Positions 8,368-15,467 of a stretch of DNA of 15,467 nucleotides are shown piece after piece. Under the pieces are notes generated by a model. That model was given only the letters and a program-made list of their open reading frames with translations, was not told the origin of the DNA and searched no databases. The stretch is from positions 1 to 15,467 of the forward strand of contig JBKPAK010000294.1 in assembly GCA_046726415.1 (NCBI GenBank). Reading direction: 5' to 3'. This DNA comes from Candidatus Methylomirabilota bacterium (GTDB taxonomy: Bacteria > Methylomirabilota > Methylomirabilia > Rokubacteriales > CSP1-6). How positions within the stretch are numbered: position 1 is the first letter of the stretch; every line of letters begins with the position of its first letter. Made by a program: the position numbers and the translations under genes.

Positions 8368-8397
8368 TTGACTGACTGGGTCGGTCAGTATTACATG
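8368..8397 (+). promoter_or_regulatory. Putative TetR autoregulatory promoter/operator
   Basis: TTGACT at 8368 overlaps the palindrome ACTGAC-N7-GTCAGT (8371-8389), immediately before the TetR start. Confidence 0.55.
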
Positions 8398-8403
8398 GCC
8401 CAT

Positions 8404-8612
8404 ATGGTCCGTCGGACGCCCGAGCACCGCTTCCAAGATCTCCTCGACGCCGCTACGCGGGTCTTCATCGCCCAAGGATACCGGCGCACGCAGGTGGCGG
8501 ACGTGGCCGAAGCGATGCGAGTCGCCAAGGGAACGGTCTATCTCTACGTCGAGAGCAAGGAGGCCCTTTTCGACGCCGCCCTGCGATACGCCGATGCGCC
8601 GGGCCCCGTCCC
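8404..8612 (+). pseudogene. TetR-family regulator, HTH only (ORF runs on into unrelated sequence to 8772)
   Basis: LLDAATRVFIAQGYRRTQVADVAEAMRVAKGTVYLYVESKEALF. After about codon 70 the sequence is low-complexity, with no ligand-binding domain. Confidence 0.8.
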
Positions 8613-9159
8613 AGAGTGCTCTGATGTTTGCGGGGACGGCCAGGGCGACGAGGATAGCCGGGGACATCCCGGAGCCGGGCCGAAGCCCTCGCCAGCAGCT
8701 TCTGAGCGGACGCCTCGGGACGCACGCAGTATTGTATGGGCGAGCTTGAAGGTGTCCCCGAAAGACGGGTAACCGACCCTCATGGAGGGGTCCCGCGCCT
8801 GTCCGCGACGGCACGGACGAGGAAGCTGGCGCGCCTTGCCCGGCTCACATGCCGTGTGACACCCATGGCCGGCTGCGGTCGCGAACCTACTTTCGGACTA
8901 CTGGGGCCAGCCGGAGGGCACAATCATGATCTGGCATCCGTTACACTGATCACGATCTCGATCCCCAAGGAATCATTGAAGGTTGTGGTCGCCTCGCAGA
9001 AGACGGTGTCCAGGCCCCTGGCCCGCCTTTCGCGGAACTCTCTAGTGAAGCCGATGTCCCCGTTCACGAAGATCATGCCGACGCCGGCCACCAGCTGGAA
9101 GATGGCGGTCGATGCAAGGTCGCGACTGGTTCTAGTCTCGTTGAGAAATGTCGAGGTTA

Positions 9160-9280
9160 TCCTGTTGCTCCAGTACCATCCGGACAGCCCGGTCCCGTAC
9201 CTCTGGAGAGAACCTGCTTGGTCTGGCCATGCCTCCATCCTCTCAAGGAATGGAGCCCCCAGAGAACCCGGGGCGGTTCA
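9160..9280 (-). mobile_element. IS3-family (IS51/IS629-like) left end with OrfA start, truncated
   Basis: Minus strand begins TGAACCGCCCCGGGTTCTCTGGGGG at 9280, then SD GGAGG and ATG 9230 encoding MARPSRFSPEVRDRAVRMVLEQQ. Confidence 0.85.
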
Positions 9281-9362
9281 ACCTCGACGATGACGGTGCC
9301 GCCCAGCAGGACGGAGAGCTTGGGCCGGCCGGCTCTGTCAGATTCATGACGGCGCCTGACGC

Positions 9363-9371
9363 TGCTATACT
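9363..9371 (+). promoter_or_regulatory. Extended -10 promoter for the DUF3800-like gene
   Basis: TGCTATACT about 37 nt upstream of ATG 9409. Confidence 0.5.
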
Positions 9372-9408
9372 GCTGTCCCCGAGTCGGGCTCGGGGCAAGG
9401 GAGGCACC

Positions 9409-10227
9409 ATGAAGCAATCTATCCCGCGCCGCACAGTCCGCAAGGGATTCGGGATCGCCGTCGCGACGGCGGCGCTCGGCACGTCTCGCCCGCAGCCGAC
9501 CCACGCCCAGAGCCTCCCTCGAGAGACCAAACGGTGCTACATCTACCTGGAGCACGCGGCCAGCAATCTCGAGCCCCAGGGCCGGTGGACGCCCAGGGGA
9601 CAATGGGTGATCAGTGCGCTGCTCGTCCTCGATCCGCGACTTCCTCGCCAGCTGCTCCGACGGACGAAGCGGCACCGGTTGCCGACCAAACAGCGACGGG
9701 TCCCAGAGATCCACGCGCGCAAGGCCAAGAACGACTTTCGCGAATACCTCTACAAGCTCCTGGCCTCGCGCAAGGACCGGGGCCTGGAAGCCTACAGCAT
9801 CCACGTCAACCAGGGGCTTCTGCGAAGCCAGGGCGACAAGGTCGGCCTCTATCAGCTCCGGCTCATTCAGGCGCTGTTGAAAGCGTGCGACCTCGGGCGC
9901 TTCCCGGAGGTCCTCGTCTATCAGAACCTCCCCTCGCTCCAGGGTCTTTCCGAGAAGGCCTTCCGTAACGGACTTCAGGGCGGTCCCTGGCTCCCCAAGG
10001 AGACTCGCCTCCGCGTCTGGGAGCACGACCCGGCCTGGGACCAGGGACCGCTTCCGGTTGGGCATCCCCGGATCCTCTCAGACGAAGGCCTCCAGGTCGC
10101 CGACCTCTTGGTCTACGCCTTCTTTCAGAAGTACCAGCATCGCAACGGCGGATTGGTCAAGCTCGTCGAGCCTATCGTGCGGCGCGAGATCGACGCGAGG
10201 GGATTGCAACGGTCGGAGCTGCGGTAG
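9409..10227 (+). CDS. DUF3800-like (RNase H fold) protein with Tat-like N-terminal signal, 272 aa
   Basis: SD AAGGGAGG. Motifs YIYLEHAASNL (family pattern YIYLDESG.L), WVISALL, PEIHARK and SDEGLQVADLLVYAFFQKYQH (Q.AD motif). N-terminus MKQSIPRRTVRKGFGIAVATAALG...THA|QS. Confidence 0.75.
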   Translation: MKQSIPRRTVRKGFGIAVATAALGTSRPQPTHAQSLPRETKRCYIYLEHAASNLEPQGRWTPRGQWVISALLVLDPRLPRQLLRRTKRHRLPTKQRRVPEIHARKAKNDFREYLYKLLASRKDRGLEAYSIHVNQGLLRSQGDKVGLYQLRLIQALLKACDLGRFPEVLVYQNLPSLQGLSEKAFRNGLQGGPWLPKETRLRVWEHDPAWDQGPLPVGHPRILSDEGLQVADLLVYAFFQKYQHRNGGLVKLVEPIVRREIDARGLQRSELR

Positions 10228-10228
10228 A

Positions 10229-10338
10229 GGAAAGAAACGCGGCGGGGGCCGCCCCGCTCAGTACCTGACCCTCACTAGCGCGCTGCCGCGCGCGTCCTGC
10301 CTAGTCGACTTAAGCGTGGACTCACACCACCCGCCGCT
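10229..10338 (-). ncRNA. Putative DUF3800-associated structured RNA
   Basis: 8-bp closing stem 10239-10246/10330-10337, internal hairpin GCGCGC-GGCA-GCGCGC, 3' tail TTTCTTTCC, and an upstream minus-strand promoter TTGACG-18-TACCCT (10373-10344). Confidence 0.55.
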
Positions 10339-10577
10339 CAAGCAGGGTAAGCCTGATCGCCAAGTTTCGTCAAGGGCTTGTTGCCCGCCGGGGTTCCGGA
10401 AGAGGTGGTGCGTGTCGTTCGCCAGAACCCCATCCGGGTGATATCCCGACCATCGGCGCTGCTGCCGGGAGGGCCCCGGCCGCTATGCCAGCGGAGCATC
10501 GCGGACCAGGCGGCGCGACGCGGGGGAACAAGATTGGCGCCAGGCACGCGCGCAAGCGCCCTAGAAATTCCTATGCC

Positions 10578-10995
10578 CCCCGCCAGGTGCGAGATTTTGG
10601 CCGGGCCAGCGGCAAGCTGGCCAAAACGGACGCGATCTCGGCGGCCATCCTGGCCCACTTCGGGGGCGTGATGCGGCCGCCGGTCCGGCCGTTGCCGGAT
10701 GCCCTGACCCAAGAGCTGCAACACCGGCTGGCACGGCGCCGCCAGCTCGTGGAGATGATGACGGCCGAACAGAACCGGTTGGCGGGCGCCCCGCTGCGGG
10801 TGCAGAAGCAGATCCGGGCCCACGTGGTCGGGCTGCGCCGGCAGTTGAAGAGCGTGGAAGCGGACGCTCAAGGAGCTGATGCAGCGCCGCCCGGCGTGGC
10901 GCGAGCAGGAACAGTTGCTGGTCAGTGTGCCGGGCGTCGGTCCGGTGCTGGCGACGACCTTGCCGGCCGATGTCCCCGAGTTGGGCTGCCTGACG
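10578..10995 (+). mobile_element. IS110-family transposase internal fragment, frameshifted
   Basis: PRQVRDFGRASGKLAKTDAISA...RRRQLVEMMTAEQNRL, shift near 10862, then LLVSVPGVGPVLATTL.ADVPELG. The KTDxxD motif reads KTDAIS. Both ends are missing. Confidence 0.88.
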
Positions 10996-11358
10996 CCCGC
11001 CTCCGGCTCCCGCCCGTGTACACCGCCCCCGGTAAGCCGAATTGGCCTCATCGAGCTCGCGCAGCATGGCCGGCCCGATGCGTTCCGCAGGGTCGAAACC
11101 GGCGCCCTCGAGGACGTCCGTGAACAGCTTGTTGGAGCGAGCCAGGTCGTTGACGAAGTGCGCCGAGCGGTCGGCAGAGTATTGCACGCGGGCTCGACGA
11201 CTCTGGGCTTGCCTGGGAAATCGAGCGCGGACCCTGCGAACCAGGCTATGATTCCCGTGATCGACGGCGGCGGGGAGGTGGAGCTTGATCGGCACCGGCC
11301 CGAATCACGAGCCACGCTTGCCTTACCTCACGTGAGAGTCCCTCTAGGAGGACGCACC

Positions 11359-11736
11359 ATGACTATTCGTCGCGCCCTCGGCGCCCTCGTGCTGCTCGCC
11401 TTTCTCGCGGTGGCCAGTGCGGCCGCAGCCGTCGGTCCGCTCGACGGCCTCTACCCTCTGACCGCGACCGCCGAGGGGACGGATCCCTACGTCCTGCACC
11501 TCGTGGTCCTCCAGAACGGAGCCACAGTCGGCATCGCCTTCCTCGATCCCTTCTTCGGCGACTACCACTACGGATTCGAGACGCTGGACGCCGAGCAGCG
11601 GCTCCAGGGGCCGCTCTTCTTCGCGGACGGGACCGAAGCGGGCGCCTTCAATCTTCGCTTTCAGGGCGGGAGTGTCGAGGGATCCGCGACTCTCTACAAT
11701 TCCCCGTTCGCGTACACCGGCGCCAAGGCCTTCTGA
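11359..11736 (+). CDS. Small secreted beta-rich hypothetical protein (125 aa)
   Basis: SD AGGAGGA; signal peptide MTIRRALGALVLLAFLAVASAAAA; GC-rich third codon positions; alternating beta-strand pattern. Confidence 0.8.
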   Translation: MTIRRALGALVLLAFLAVASAAAAVGPLDGLYPLTATAEGTDPYVLHLVVLQNGATVGIAFLDPFFGDYHYGFETLDAEQRLQGPLFFADGTEAGAFNLRFQGGSVEGSATLYNSPFAYTGAKAF

Positions 11737-11773
11737 GCTCAACCTGACTGTCGAGTAGGCGCATATGCGGCGC

Positions 11774-11799
11774 TGAAGTTGCCCCAGTTTCGTGGACGG
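11774..11799. mobile_element. Possible solo IS3-family terminal inverted repeat
   Basis: TGAAGTTGCCCCAGTTTCGTGGACGG resembles the IS3-type end pattern TG...TGCCCC....CGTGGAC. No transposase adjacent. Confidence 0.45.
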
Positions 11800-12009
11800 T
11801 GAACAGCTGAGGTGCGCACCGGTCGGGTGGACATCGTTGGCTCATGCTTGGGCACGTTCTTCTGGACGGTTGATACTCACTTCGGAGTTCTCCGGGTCTT
11901 GGTTGACGTCCTCGCCGAGGCTCTGAAGGGCGACCGGACTACCGTCGATGTCCGAATGAATGCGTTCGACGCGAAGCTCGCCGGAGGAGGAGGGTCGAGG
12001 GCTCGGCCG

Positions 12010-12810
12010 TCAGCCGGGCAGACCGCCCTCGACGGCGTAAGTGACGACGGGCTCCGAGATCCCGGCGACCGCCGCGGCCGGTAGCTCCTGCAACGCGAAA
12101 CGCGCATCGAGCGCCTCGCGCACGGCCGCCGTGATCAGAATGTCGGCCGCATGCCGGCGCGTGAGCTGCTCGACCCGCGAAGCGAGGTTGACCGTGCTGC
12201 CGATCACCGTGAACTCGACCAGCTCCTCGGAGCCGATCACTCCCACCACCGCTACGCCGCGATGGAGACCGATGCCGACCCGGAGCGCCGGTTGGCCCGC
12301 CAGCGCCAGCTCTTCGTTGTACTCCTCGAGGGCCTCGCGCATGGCGAGCGCGGCGCGCACGGCATCGTCGGCCTGCCATGGGTTCGGCTCCAGGGCGCCG
12401 AACAGAGCCAGGATGCCGTCGCCGATGAACTTCGAAACGTGGCCACGATGCTCCGCGATGGCCCGGCTCATGCGCGCGAAGTAGCCGTTCAGGATCTGGA
12501 CGAGCAGCGCGGGCTCCATCCCTTCGCTCAGCGCGGTGAAACCGACGATGTCGGCGACCAGCACGGTGACCGTCTTCTTCTCCGCGCTCGTCGACACGCC
12601 GCTGGCGATGATCCGTTCGACGACCTCCTGCGGCGCGAAGCGTGCGAACGAGAGCTGGAGCTGCTCGAGGCTCGTCGTGGCGCTCTCCAGGCGACGGCGC
12701 AGGTGCTTCGCCTCCGCCCGGGCGCGCCAGAAGGCGTAGCCGAGAGCGGCGACGACCGCGCCGATCCCGGCGGCGAGAAACGCGCTCGATGGCATCGCGA
12801 CGGCGGTCAC
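12010..12810 (-). CDS. Class III adenylate/guanylate cyclase with one N-terminal TM helix and a coiled coil
   Basis: TVLVADIVGFTALSE, KFIGDGILALFG, RVGIGLHRG, FTVIGSTVNLASRVE. GTG 12810 overlaps the upstream TGA (alternative ATG 12795). Confidence 0.93.
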   Translation of the reverse strand: MTAVAMPSSAFLAAGIGAVVAALGYAFWRARAEAKHLRRRLESATTSLEQLQLSFARFAPQEVVERIIASGVSTSAEKKTVTVLVADIVGFTALSEGMEPALLVQILNGYFARMSRAIAEHRGHVSKFIGDGILALFGALEPNPWQADDAVRAALAMREALEEYNEELALAGQPALRVGIGLHRGVAVVGVIGSEELVEFTVIGSTVNLASRVEQLTRRHAADILITAAVREALDARFALQELPAAAVAGISEPVVTYAVEGGLPG

Positions 12811-13891
12811 CGGTCGTCGGCGACGGCAGAGAGTCGGCAGACGGCGTTGGCGAGCGCCGCGATGCCGACGAACTTGAGGAGCTCCTCGGCCGAGAAGCGC
12901 GGGCGTACGCGCTGCGCGTGACGCTGCAGCGAGGTGGTGCGATACCAGACCGTCTCGCGCACCAGCGGCCCGAGCGCGGCCTCCGCCGGCGTCAGCTCGG
13001 CTCCGGAGAGATGGGCGAGCACCTCCTCGTAGCCCTGCTCGGTCATCCCCTCGGCGAGCAGCATCGCGCGGGCGTGGCGCTCGGCCCAATCCGAGCCGAG
13101 GCCGCGCGCGACCACCGCGAAGACGAACGCCTTGGTGCGCAGCGGCAGGATGCTCGAGCTCCATGCGTCGTCGATCACGTCGCGCAGCGCGAGCGCGACG
13201 GGCAGCCCGTCGAGCGCCAGCACGGCGGGCGAGAACGGGCCCGTGCGCCGCTCGGCTGGAAGCGGCGCGGCACGGCCACGACGGCGGCGCACGCGCGCGT
13301 ACCAGCCGAGGACTGGCCGAGCCCAGTCGAGACGGGCGTTCTTCCCGGCCTCTTCGATCGACGCGGTCGGGACGGCGAGCAGCGTCGCGAGCCGGTTGTA
13401 GTAGACGTTCAACGCGGCGAGGAACGCCAGCTCCTTGATCGCGCCCGGCTCGATCCCGGCGGCCTCGAGCGGCTTCCATTCCGCCCGCGACGGGATCGGG
13501 TTGGCGCGCGAGACGCGGCGGGCGAAGTCGACGGCCACCCGATCGGAAGGAGACAACGCCGCGACGAGATTCTCCTCGAGGCGCTCGATGCGGGATTCGC
13601 TGTATCCCTGAAAACGCAGCAGCGCGCGCCACGCCGCGTAGCAGAAGCGGCAGGGTTGTCCTGGCTGACCACCAGGCCGATGATCTCGGCCAGATGGACG
13701 TCGACGTGCACCAGGACATCGCGCTGGATGTCGAAGCGCACCTGCGAGCGGACGATCCACGGGCTGCGGCTGTAGAAGGCGACCGAGTCCATCACGAAGC
13801 CGTACTTCTTGCGCATCAACGCCTCCGCGTCGGGATCGCGGTACGGCTCGATCAGCGGCGCCTCCCACTCGATCTCGTGCAGGAGAGTCAT
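12807..13891 (-). pseudogene. AhpD/CMD-like protein (probably tandem domains) with one frameshift near 13654
   Basis: MTLLHEIEWEAPL...EIIGLVVSQDN joins CRFCYA if one base is restored (AAC CC TGC CGC TTC TGC), giving the AhpD-like VS..N.CxxC motif. The shift may be a sequencing error. Confidence 0.7.
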
Positions 13892-14015
13892 CGTGTTGCC
13901 AGCATCATGCCTGGTTCGCGCCGCGCGCGCCATACTCCGTCCTGTACTGATCGGACGGAACAAGCGCCCCACGTCGGTCTTTGCCTTTTGCCTGGAATCG
14001 CGCCACCTCGTCCGG

Positions 14016-14228
14016 ATGCGGGCGAGCCGACCACACCTCGCGGCACTGATCGACGCGATTGCCGCTCCGCTGGCCGCGTCGTCGTTCTTGGTCGCGGTGG
14101 CGGGGCTCTATCCGATTCGCCGAGCCTTCGAGATCGACCCCGACGAGGGCATCAACGCCGCGCTCGCCTTCCTGATCGCGCGCGGCCACCGTCTCTACTA
14201 CGAAGCGTGGACCGACCACGCGCCGCCT
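14016..14228 (+). pseudogene. ArnT/GT-C-like glycosyltransferase N-terminal fragment
   Basis: A TM segment followed by DPDEGINAALAFLIARGHRLYYEAWTDHAPP (DEG...G..LY..W.DH.PP pattern), then an early stop. Confidence 0.65.
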
Positions 14229-14293
14229 CCAGATCTTGCGTTGCCCGCTCGCCCAGCTTAACCGTTCCGATCCCGGTCCGAAGGAGGAACACA

Positions 14294-14368
14294 ATGCCGG
14301 TGACGATGTACCACAACCCGCGCTGCAACACCTCGCGCAGGACACTCGCCCTGCTGCGCGAGAAGAGC
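14294..14368 (+). pseudogene. arsC: ArsC-family arsenate reductase N-terminal fragment
   Basis: SD AAGGAGG; MPVTMYHNPRCNTSRRTLALLREK; similarity is lost after about 25 codons. Confidence 0.8.
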
Positions 14369-14558
14369 GTAGCCTGGATAAAGGCTCCCCTCCTCTCTAA
14401 GAGACAGAGCGTAGCCGGGATCCGGCTCGTGCTAGAAGGACCCTCACGGAAGGAGGCCAGGCTCGACAACTGACGACGCCCAGCGTTGCTGCGCTCCGAT
14501 CACGATCCGCCTTCGCCTTGAACTTAATCAGCTCACCCCCGCTTTGTCCATCCAACGG

Positions 14559-14952
14559 TCACTCTACTGGCACGAGCACCGGAGCGCCCTTGTCCTTGAT
14601 CAAGAACACCAGGAATTTCGCCGGCTTGGTACTGCTTGTGTTCCGGTCAACGACATGAACATCGTCGGGCCTTCATAGAAGGTCTGTCCTGGTGTCAGTG
14701 TTACCTGTTTTCCACCCTTCACCTGCATCACAACGGAGCCCTCCAGTACGTAACGTAAACAATCGCATGTGCATTGTGTCGGTGGATAGGGCTCGACCCG
14801 CCGGGCGCATGCTCTACTGTGATCATCAGAACTTCCCTGCCGGGATTCTCGGTAAGATCTTTCGACATGAGCGGCGTGACCTTAGCCTGCTGAGCTATCG
14901 CCGTGCCGGTCATGAGGCATAGCAGAACCAACGCAACGAGTTTGGTCGTCAT
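14559..14952 (-). pseudogene. Secreted cupin-domain protein with two frameshifts
   Basis: Signal peptide, then PGGSSPIHRHNAHAIVYV / LEGSVVMQVKGGKQVTLTPGQTFYEG / DDVHVV...KFLVFLIKDKGAPVLVPVE*. A 5-nt duplication ACGTA at 14748-14757 and a 1-nt loss near 14668. Confidence 0.88.
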
Positions 14953-14992
14953 AGTCGCCTCTTTCGTTCGTCGCCCGAGACCCCCCCCCCGG

Positions 14993-15066
14993 GTGCAACG
15001 CCCCGCTCGGGCATTTCGCGATCACCGCACCGATTGTGTCAGCGCCGGCACCGTTGGGCAGGATCC
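14993..15066 (-). pseudogene. YjdI-like divergent 4Fe-4S domain fragment
   Basis: ILPNGAGADTIGAVIAKCPSGALH matches the (W)I.P..A....I..VI..CPSGAL pattern. Confidence 0.6.
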
Positions 15067-15298
15067 TTCCCATCTCTCTTCTCCGGCACCACAAGGTTTC
15101 CAGCCCGTCCGCCCACGTCGCCATATTCCCTTCGCCGAGTCCTCCAGCGTCGCTCCAACTAAGACCTCAGAAGCGTATTGCGGTAGACTCGGGGTTCTCA
15201 GTCTGAATGTTTGCGCGAAGTGCCCAGGACCTGCCAGCCAGCTCGAGCCAACGGGTGAGATCCTTGGGCCCACCTCGGATGCAGGATCAGGCTCTTGC

Positions 15299-15466
15299 CT
15301 ATGAGCGGCGGAGCCATTCGTCGAGACCGATGCGGCCGAGGCGCGCTTCGCCCAACGGCACGAGCGAGCGCTCCTCGACCCGGCCGCCGAAGTATCGGGC
15401 CTCGGGGTCACTCACGACCTCACGCGGGTCGCCGACCGCCTTCAGATAGCGGGCGACGATTTCGTT
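15299..15466 (-). CDS. NmrA/SDR-like NAD(P)-binding protein, C-terminus; begins outside the window
   Basis: Manual translation NEIVARYLKAVGDPREVVSDPEARYFGGRVEERSLVPLGEARLGRIGLDEWLRRS*. This family commonly neighbours cupin genes. Confidence 0.8.
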   Translation of the reverse strand, partial: NEIVARYLKAVGDPREVVSDPEARYFGGRVEERSLVPLGEARLGRIGLDEWLRRS

Positions 15467-15467
15467 G

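Noticed and set aside
8924..9150. Coding-like minus-strand stretch (TAIFQLVAGVGMIFVNGDIGF...)
   Set aside because: Plausible gene tail cut by the IS3 remnant, but no family recognised and no start.
9148..9408. N-terminal 87 aa of the 359-aa ORF
   Set aside because: Reads through IS3 antisense sequence; the SD and promoter support ATG 9409.
10378..10445. LPAGVPEEVVRVVRQNPIRVI, like an amidohydrolase-fold C-terminus
   Set aside because: Too short to support a call.
10229..10577. IS110 bridge RNA as the explanation of the structured region
   Set aside because: The adjacent IS110 piece is an internal fragment lacking its ends; the structure abuts the DUF3800-like stop instead.
11000..11295. 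Coding-like minus-strand stretch (AHFVNDLARSNKLFTDVLEGAGFDP...)
   Set aside because: Cannot be assigned; frame ambiguous; runs into the IS110 antisense.
12811..13719. Long N-terminal extension of the cyclase in the 569-aa ORF
   Set aside because: Out-of-frame overlap with the AhpD-like gene; the real start is 12810 or 12795.
14360..14470. Possible CRISPR or mini-array
   Set aside because: Only two imperfect 16-bp copies; no third unit and no cas genes.

Overview
GC-rich bacterial accessory region with a few intact genes set among many short gene remnants. Intact or near-intact: enoyl-CoA hydratase, metE under a cobalamin riboswitch, a DRG/OBG-type GTPase with TGS domain, a MerR regulator with its 19-bp-spacer promoter, an ArsR-SRPBCC operon, a DUF3800-like protein, a small secreted protein and a class III adenylate/guanylate cyclase. 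Remnants or frameshifted genes: two IS110 pieces, two IS3 ends, btuF-like, nrdB, alpha/beta hydrolase, MOSC, merB, TetR, ArnT-like, ArsC, cupin, YjdI-like and AhpD-like. The best novelty candidate is 9409-10373: a DUF3800-like (RNase H fold) protein with an apparent Tat signal peptide and a substituted first acidic motif, facing a predicted ~100-nt structured RNA with its own antisense promoter. All family calls come from motif recognition by eye; no searches were run.
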